Shown piece by piece: positions 55,090 through 64,000 of a DNA stretch of 64,000 bases; the first letter of the stretch is position 1, and the number at the start of each line of letters is the position of its first letter. Position numbers and translations under genes: made by a program. The notes beneath the pieces were generated by a model. That model did not search any database, was not told the DNA's origin, and was given only the letters and a program-made list of their open reading frames with translations. This stretch comes from Eledone cirrhosa (Eukaryota), in contig OZ024753.1 of assembly GCA_964016885.1 (NCBI GenBank), positions 39,742,001 to 39,806,000 on the forward strand, given 5' to 3'.

Positions 55090-56872
55090 ACACACACGTA
55101 CACACACGTACACACACGTACACACACGTACACACACGTACACACACGTACACACGTGCACGCACGCACGCACACATACTCACAAATTCACACATACATA
55201 ATGGCTGAAGTAATTGTTTTGCTTTGTAATGATTTAGAGAATGAGGTTGATGATTTGACAGAATTAATAGAACGTTGGGTAAAATACTCTTGAAGTATTT
55301 ATTCTGGCTCTTTATATTCTGAGTTCAAATACCACCGAGGTTAACTTTACCTTTCACCCTTTCCGGGTCGATAAAATAATGTACTTGTTAAGTAGTGGGG
55401 TCGATTTAATCAACTTTGACTTTCCCCTACTACTAAAATAATCTGCTGGCCTTCTTGCTTCAATTAGAAATCAACGATTTAATGAGTGAGGGTGCTGGAT
55501 TGCTAGAAATAGTAGCTAAAGGTCTAAAGCCTGTCTCGAACCCAGAGGATCATCAAGATGTTGCTTATTCCGGTTTTCCAAGATAAGCAAGTGAGAGTAC
55601 AAGATTCTCTCCTAGATAGGCGCATGGCTTAGTGGTTAGAGCATTGGGCTTGCAATCGGTAGGTTGTTAGTTCGATTTTCGGACCGGGTGATGTTGTGTT
55701 CTTGAGCAAAACACTTTATTTCACGTTGCTCCAGTTTACTCAGCTGTAGAAATGAGTTGCGATCTTGCCAAATCAATGGGTGGCAGTAGTTCCAGTTGCA
55801 CGCATCGAAAGACTGGTGTAGTGGTTCTGAGAACAATGCGGCTTTGCAGATGATCAATGAAAATTGACAATGGAAAGGCGCTCCCGCTCGAGTTAGACAT
55901 TCAGGAGAAGCAGCGACCCCTGATTGTATTCAGCAACCGAAACAATATGGAGTACACCAAACCCAATGCTCCTAGGGGTGGCCCTGGTTCTTTTTTTTTT
56001 TTTTTCGCGAGTGCAAGCTCGGTCAGATTAGATGAGATAGGAGGCCAGTCAATCGCAGTGTTAAATCCCAGCTAACAGATCCAGTGCTCAAATAGAAGCT
56101 ACCAGGTTGGTTTGACCGTCGATTCGATAGTATCGATTAGAAAATGATCGGAAGAAAAGACAAAGCTGAATTCAATTGAGTTGACGTTGACTTTCATCCA
56201 TTCGACGGGTGATGAAGTATGACAAGTAAAGATTGATATGTGTATTGATACGAACTGTTATATTTTGAGGGGGGGGGGGGGTATGTGAGTAAAATCTGAA
56301 ATATCGATTTGGGGAGGGGTGGGGGTTAATATTTTTGTAATTGATACCTTCGATTTTAGGGGATAGCACACTGAATAATGACGATTTGGGCAGAGAGTAC
56401 GATATATACTATCGATTCATTTGGCGGCGGGGATGAGAAAATATCGATTTTGATAGGCGTATGGTGTCGATTTAGGGTTAAGATATAATCGATAATATCG
56501 ATTTTATGGACGATATAATTGATAATATAGATTTTTCTGAAGAGTATAATCGATATTATTGATTTTTATTTATTTATTTTTTTTTTTTTGGAAGGTATAA
56601 GCTATGATACCAATTTTTGGGGAGGGTGTATTTGATAATACCGATTTTGAGGAAGGTTTAATCGATAATGTTGATTTATATAAATTATTGGCATAGGCAT
56701 ATAGCTTCTATATTGCGTGGCTGCGCATAATCGATGCTATATTTTGACAACTTTATTTTATCGACCCCCTAAAGGTTGAAAAGTAAAGTTGACCTTGGCG
56801 GGATTTGAACTCAGAACGTAAAGAATCATAACCAAAGGCTACGAAGCCTTTTGTCCGGTGTCTTACAGAATC

Positions 56873-57120
56873 TGAATATTTCACATAGCAGAGTATTTTC
56901 ACGTAGCAGTGTTTCACATAGCAGAGTATTTTCACGTAGCAGTGTTTCACATAGCAGAGTATTTTCACGTAGCTGAGTATTTTCACGTAGCCGACTGTTT
57001 CACATAGCCGAGTGTTTCACGTAGATGAATATTTCACATAAGAATATTTCACATAGTAGTGTTTCACTTAGCTGAGTGTTTTCACACAGCTGAGTATTTT
57101 CACGTGGGTGAGTTTTCTAC
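56873..57120. repeat. 15-17 bp tandem repeat TTTCAC(A/G)TAGC..AGT
   Basis: Direct inspection. Confidence 0.85.
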
Positions 57121-57691
57121 ACAGTCACATCGTCTTTAACGTCTGGCAGAACCAGCCTGGCGTAATGCGTAACAAGGCTGGACATTTCAATAAAACATAC
57201 AGCCACCAATCTGATGGGATTCCTCACAGGTTTCCTCAAATTTCATTCAAGAAATTTGGGTTGAGCCAACGATATTATAGCAGATACTTAGTCAGAATGT
57301 CATGGCATGTAAACAAACCCATGATATCACAATTATGCAGCAAACTTACGAAATATGTCCTCACATTTCTCCTACACCCACACGCTAAAACTTTTACAAA
57401 CTTCATAACTAGATGAGAGCCACTATTTATTCATTTGATTTGCTAGACATAACAGCTAAATGTCTTTCAAATGACATCTGTCCTGCCCACTTTAGAAATA
57501 TAGAGATACATTGTATGGTGTTGTTCTAGATATAGATTGCACAGCACCTGGGAGAGAGAGAGAGAATGGTCACAGATGGATTGTCTTTGATTATAAGTCT
57601 TCTTGATAAGGGTGACCTTAAATAACAATAAAAACGTTTTCAGTTACTGTATATATCATATATATACACACACACACACACGTATACCCCC

Positions 57692-57728
<37 letters not shown>

Positions 57729-57789
57729 TGTATGTATGTATGTATGTATGTATGTATGTATCTATATCTAAGGGGTCATCTCTCCCGCA

Positions 57790-58197
57790 CCGGGAGAGAT
57801 GACCCCTTAGCCTTTGTCAAGGCAGAATTCTAGGAGAAAGAAAACTCTGATATAACACCTGCAACCCTGATGGTATCCAATGATGTTGACTTGTTCTTCT
57901 TTTTGGTAAATATCATCTTGGTTAAGAGAGTGGGACTGGCTTTGTGCAGTGCCTTTGCTCACTATAAAAGTTTCACGGCACAGGCATTGCTTTATATCTG
58001 GAGATCTCTTTGCACTTGTCGTCACAGGGTACCATGGGCCCAGCACTGTGTCAATAATTGTCACAAGTGTAGTGTTTGTACCAGAGTTTTCAAGTCGCTG
58101 GCTGGACTAAAAAGTCACTCGTTCAGCGCATCGGTAGGGGTTCTCCTACATGGATATAAAGTAGTGGCCGTGCACGAAAACGAGTTGGCAGCCACCA
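57790..58197 (+). mobile_element. RTE-type LINE 3' fragment; copies at 23936-24350 (-) and 44350-44672 (-)
   Basis: C-terminal C2H2 CSVCTRVFKSLAGLKSH, common 3' end followed by (TGTA)n/(TA)n, variable 5' truncation. Confidence 0.7.
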
Positions 58198-58262
58198 TGT
58201 ATGTATGTACATATATATATATGCTTTAGCGATTTCTAACATCAAAACATCTGTGAACATGT

Positions 58263-58294
<32 letters not shown>

Positions 58295-58699
58295 ACGCAC
58301 GCACGCACGCGCACTATAATGAAGGAAGACTTACAAAACAAAACAAATATAGATTCAAATCAGACAAACACTCCTTCACTCTACCAGGACACAATAGACT
58401 TATTTATTGTTTAAATAAAGACATAGTATCCACTTTAACTTAAATAACCAACACACACAACAAAACACAACACAAAGTCAATGGAAATCAAATTACACAA
58501 ATAAAAAGAAAACTTCAAATATATATATGTATATATATATATAAAGATATGTGGTATATACGCAGACAAAAATATTCAAACAATTGGTTGACAGAACCCC
58601 TGTTGAGGGAGATTTTTGCTACTAATTGCATTCACAATCTCAGTTGATCAAATTTTTTCAACTCACGATATTACGTATGTGAAACCCTACAGTGTGTGT

Positions 58700-58739
<40 letters not shown>

Positions 58740-59200
58740 AAGGATACTATTTATAATTATGTATATTTTAAACTATAAACAGGGAAGGTAATTTATTAGT
58801 ACCTTATTACCAGTAAGACAAATAGCTCAATGTGAGAACATATGACTAACGCATGCACTATCTATTTGATCTGATTATTAGACTATTCTCTTTATCGACC
58901 CCGTAAGGATGAAAGGCAAAGTTAACCTCGGCGGGATTTGCCATTCTGAGTTCAAATCCCGCCGAGGTTAACTTTGCCTTTCATCCTTACGGGGTCGATA
59001 AAATAAAGTACCAGTAATACACTGGGTAATTGCTGGCCTTGTACCTAACGTAGAAACAATTATTAGACTATTCTCTTGCATTATCTGTGTTATCTGCCGC
59101 ATGTATTTTAATCTTGTTTTTTAAATTTTGATTTTAATTTGAATTACTGTACAAATATAGTAAAGTATAATATATGTCGCATCAACTCCACATTGTACAT

Positions 59201-59240
<40 letters not shown>

Positions 59241-59930
59241 CTGTATATCTCTTGCGTTGGGTAGGAGGTAAATTATATGTACAAACATTAAAAATGCTCC
59301 GAAGACTCCAAGCCTAGGTTTGGAAGAAACAATTGTCAGCGAATAAATGTTTTGAACATAGCTTTGATTCTTGTGAATTCTCTCTCTTTCTCTTTCTCTT
59401 TCTCTCTCTCAAGCGTAAAACTAATTATATATTTCTTCATTGTCCTGTGTCGTTTGCTTTGTTATTTCTACTGGCCTTTTGCATATATATACAGGGTGTT
59501 TCAAATAATTTAATATCATTTGACATGTAAATATCCCAGAAACTACAAGGTCTAGGACAACGAGACTAAGCAGGTTCCATGTTGAGTAACACAATATTTA
59601 TTCCTCAAAACATGTCCACGTTATAACATTAATTAACAATATATATTTCAACGTGACAACCTTGGGAACAGACCATTGATATCAAATTTTTTGAAACACC
59701 CGGTATTTATATATAACAAAGAAGGTGTGGTAATAAATCAAGTGGACCATAACGCACCAGAGTACTCGATACTTTGGGTAATAGAGTGGGTAATAGGAAA
59801 AGAGTCAGGACCCCGACGGCTGAGCTCCGGACGTTTCGACAGCTAGATCCAGGCGGCCAGAGCTCAGCCGTCGGGGTCCTGACTCTTTTCCTCTATATAT
59901 TCATATATATGTATATATATATATTTAATA

Positions 59931-59996
59931 TAGAAATGGCTTCTACAGGACTAGAACTGTTTCATTCCAAGGAAATCCTCAGGCAAGCCATTTCTA
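59931..59996 (-). ncRNA. Type I hammerhead ribozyme, family A variant
   Basis: UAGAAAUGGCUU(G)C-CUGAGGA-U-UUC(CUUG)GAA-U-GAAA-CAG..CUG-UA/GAAGCCAUUUCUA; stem I sequence differs from family A but still pairs. Confidence 0.8.
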
Positions 59997-61884
59997 GTCT
60001 TAAATATAATAAAGATGCCTATACTTTAGATATTGACTATTTTGTTTTTTTAAAGATGGTAGTTTCATTCGAGAGATATTTCTATCGGGTGACCGATCAA
60101 GTAGGGTCTTCCTTTGTAAAAATAAGCATGTGAATTATTCAATATCATAGTTATTTCACAGCACTTGAACTGTCTTACCATCCCAAAATACCATAAATAG
60201 ACATCCCTGCTTAAGAATTAGGTCAATGAAATGTGCCTGTTTATCACACATGATTAGAAACTAGTTAACGGCGGCACATGGTAGTAGTTAAAATATTAAC
60301 TGCCCACAGAGACACTGATTATAGATCCACATTTATTAAAGGCTTAACTAGATCGGATACCCCGATTAGCATATATAACGCATTCTTGGCAACTATTTCG
60401 GATAATATATTACTAGCGTATTAAGTTTTATGTAAAACTCAACTGTAGTATAGAATATATCTATAGATATTCCGTCTGAATCGTCTTTTACATGAAGTTA
60501 CTGTAGGTAAATACTATGTTTGCACCTGTCTATTAGATGCAATGTTTGATAAAATATATAGCAAACATGTGGAAGAGGGATACGTAAATTTCAAGAAAAT
60601 TAAAAGAATGAAAACAATCTATTAAATAACAAACAAGGAAAACTGTGTAGAAATTATAATCTCTTTTTATTTACACTACATATGTTTAATGTAACATTAC
60701 TACTTTTAAAAAATAATATACACAATAACTCCAGCATTAATTCCATTAAAGATAATATAAGGTTGTGTGTACATTTATTTTATGTAAGTATTAATGAGTT
60801 CTAGGCTGAAGGCTTGTGAACGAATTATTCTTGTGTTTATAAAGAACTTGTATACTTTGTGTCTTAGAGAAGTCATAGCGATAGAGAAAGATTATTGTTG
60901 GGAATTAGCTAGCAAGGCATACGAATCTGAAAAAAGGACTACGTTAAGGATACACGTGTTTGTGGAATACTTCTCTTGTTTATAAAGAACTCGCAATACT
61001 TCGTGTCTTAGAGTAGATATAGCGATAGAGAGACTATTGTCGGGAAATAGCTGAATAAAAACTACGTTAAGGATGCACGTGTTTGTGGAATGCTTAGCCA
61101 CTTGCGAGTAAATTTCCCGAATAGTATGTTTCCGTGATCACATCAACTAGAACATTTGTCTTTGTAGAGTGTCGGACACAAAGTTTAGCGGTGTTTAATT
61201 ACGACTTTTTACATTCTGAGTTCAAATCCTGTCGATGTTAATTTTACCTTTCATCTTTCCTGGGTCGATAAAGTAAACTACCAGTTAAGTATTGGATCGA
61301 TATAATCGGCTTTTTCCTTTGCACCAAATTGCTGTTCTTGTGCCACAGTGGATTGGCAGTATCGGTAGAGGGTCGGACGCCATGCTTTGACGCATAGAGT
61401 TACGGCCCTTGCCATTCTGAGTTCAAATCCCGCCGAGGTTAACTTTGCCTTTCATCCTTATGGGGTCGATAAAATAAAGTACCAGTAATACACTGGGTAA
61501 TTGCTGGCCTTGTGCCAAAAGTAGAAACAATTATTAGAAAGAGTGAATTGGCAGTATCGGAAGAGGGTCGGACGCCATGCTTTGACGCATAGAGTTACGG
61601 CCCTTGTCATTCTGAGTTCAAATACCGCCGAGGTTAACTTTGCCTTTCATCCTTACGGGGTCGATAAAATAAAGTACCAGTAATGCACTGGGATAATTGC
61701 TGGCCTTGTGCCAAAAGCAGAAACAATTATTAGAAAGAGAATTGCAATTTCAGCAATATTATATATGGTGAGATGTACATGGTGATAGACAGATAGATAG
61801 ATACATTGCTTTATTTGCCACAAGGGCGCAAACAGATGGACAAATACATACATATAGTGGGGAGTTTACATACAGGCGTGTAAA

Positions 61885-62372
61885 GACAGGTAGACAGACA
61901 GACAGGTAGACACGGACAGGTAGACACAGACAGGTAGACACGGACAGGTAGACACAGACAGGTAGACACGGACAGGTAGACAGAGACAGGCAGACACGGA
62001 CAGGCAGACACGGACAGGCAGACACGGACAGGCAGACACGGACAGGTAGACAGAGACAGGTAGACACGGACAGGTAGACACGGACAGGTAGACACGGACA
62101 GGTAGACAGGGACAGGTAGACAGGGACAGGTAGACAGGGACAGGTAGACAGGGACAGGTAGACAGGGACAGGTAGACAGGGACAGGTAGACAGGGACAGG
62201 TAGACAGGGACAGGTAGACACGGGCAGGTAGACACGGGCAGGTAGACACGGGCAGGTAGACACGGGCAGGTAGACACGGGCAGGTAGACACGGGCAGGTA
62301 GACACGGGCAGGTAGACACGGGCAGGTAGACAGGCAGACAGGTAGACACGGACAGGTAGACACGGACAGACA
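61885..62372. repeat. 12 bp minisatellite G(A/G)CAGGTAGACA(C/G)
   Basis: About 38 units between two LINE 3' termini. Confidence 0.92.
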
Positions 62373-63439
62373 GATTGATTGGTTGACACATTGATTAGTT
62401 GACAGATAGATAGATACATTGGTAGATAGATTTCTTTATTTGCCACAAGGGCGCCCAAGAAAAGGGGACAAAACAAAGACACATACGGGGGATTTTACAT
62501 ACAATCGTGTAAAAATATGAAACAAATATAACAATCGAAATCCCCAATAGGGGGAGGCGCTACAAATGGGTTGTTTAATACCCCGTAGATAGAACAACCC
62601 TCAGACAGATAGATTTGCATCACTAATTATATTATTGCTGTAGTTTTAGAGAAGTGTATTAGTTTGATTATTAATTTGCCAATTAATAAATGCAAGCAAA
62701 TGTCAATTAATTATTCGTATATTGGATAGATAAGGGACCACGTGGGTGTGTCCATAGACTCTGATAGAAACAACTGAAGTGTGAATAATTAGTTAACAGT
62801 GCGTATATTTATTAATTATTATCAAAATGAGAAATCACGAAACAAACAAAGCGAAAGAATATTATTAATCAAAACTTCAATGTTCCCGCGTATATCAGAA
62901 ATGTGTTAATCAAATGCTAATGATCCTAATGAATCCTTAAGAAAAATGGTATTAATCTGGAAAATCTATTTTTTATTTTTTTTTTTAGAGAAATTCTATC
63001 TACTTTCTTTTATTTTTCTATCTATTTTTCTATTTTTTTCTGGCAAATATTATAACGAGTAATTTGATTATCTCAAATCTCGGTGAACAGGAATCCTCAA
63101 TCAATATTCCTACACATATCCATTAATCGTTGTTTGTCTCACTCAATATCTCTCCCTACAAATTATAGTTTTGTCACCGTTATTTCCTTCGAGACATGTT
63201 CTATTACTTCACATTTGTTTCTTCGATATTCTATATTTATTGATGTTCGATTTCAATGAGATCATTGTCCTTTAAGACTTTTGAATGGAAATCTAAAAAG
63301 TCACGAATATAATCCCGAATCAAAATCCTCAAGATCAATGTCTCTTCCGGGTTCGATAATTTCATGAAGGACTTCGTTTGTTTATTATTATTTTTGTTGT
63401 TGTTGTTGTTGTTTACGATTTCAGACCTCATTCGCTTTG

Positions 63440-63825
63440 AGTTTTGACATTTTCTAACTAATCTTTGTTGTCATAAAATATTAGTCACCCCTTGATATTT
63501 TATCTGTCAATTGTGAATTTCATTTCATTGAAATTTTCCAACCAAAGTATTATTAGATCGAAAACCCCAACGGTTATTGGAATTCAAATTCTTAGTGAAT
63601 TGTATACTTAAGTAAATGCCACTCTAACTTGATTTCACTACTAGTTCCTTTTGCTCAAAATAGTTTATCTAGTTGAATCACTAAAGTCCAAATATATTCC
63701 CATCTTAGCTTTGTTTTAGTTGCAATCAGATCAGACCTTTTATATCAGATTTAATGTCTAAAGTAATAACTTTTCATCTCCCTTTTATTACTTTCTACAG
63801 TGGTATTACTTTTTCTTGTAGACAT
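63440..63825 (-). pseudogene. Possible decayed pogo/Tigger transposase N-terminus
   Basis: MSTRKS...KVITLDIK...TILSKR remnants with many stops/frameshifts. Confidence 0.3.
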
Positions 63826-64000
63826 TGTTACGCGAGCGTGTGGAAGAGAGATGTTTTAAATCTCAAATACAGTAGTAAATTTGTATATTAAGTATAGCAC
63901 ACCCGCTCGCATTGGTAAATGGCAATAAACGAAGATTGAGAAACGCTGTCAGATTAGCTTATCATTTATTGCTGTCTGCGAATGGTTTTCAAAGTAAAGT

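Overview
AT-rich, microsatellite- and retroelement-dense animal genomic DNA, probably a coleoid cephalopod such as Octopus (inferred from repeat content; not verified). Two spliced host genes converge. The last five coding exons of PRIM2 (DNA primase large subunit, + strand, 284-8583) face a PDE7-like cAMP phosphodiesterase (- strand, 13 phase-consistent coding exons from 41911 to 11654) that has a long Ser/Arg-rich C-terminal tail. Introns hold a frameshifted Penelope-like (Naiad-type) RT, Tx1/RTE/Vingi LINE fragments, three SINE families, MITEs and large micro/minisatellites. The most striking unannotated signal is a set of about six families of short, non-coding, Penelope pseudo-LTR-like elements carrying type I hammerhead ribozyme motifs. 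They insert into (TA)n tracts, chain next to each other and often fold back as long palindromes; in family A both strands then carry a ribozyme. One family shares sequence with the 5' end of the RT-coding Penelope element. Most ORFs in the supplied track are translations of simple repeats.
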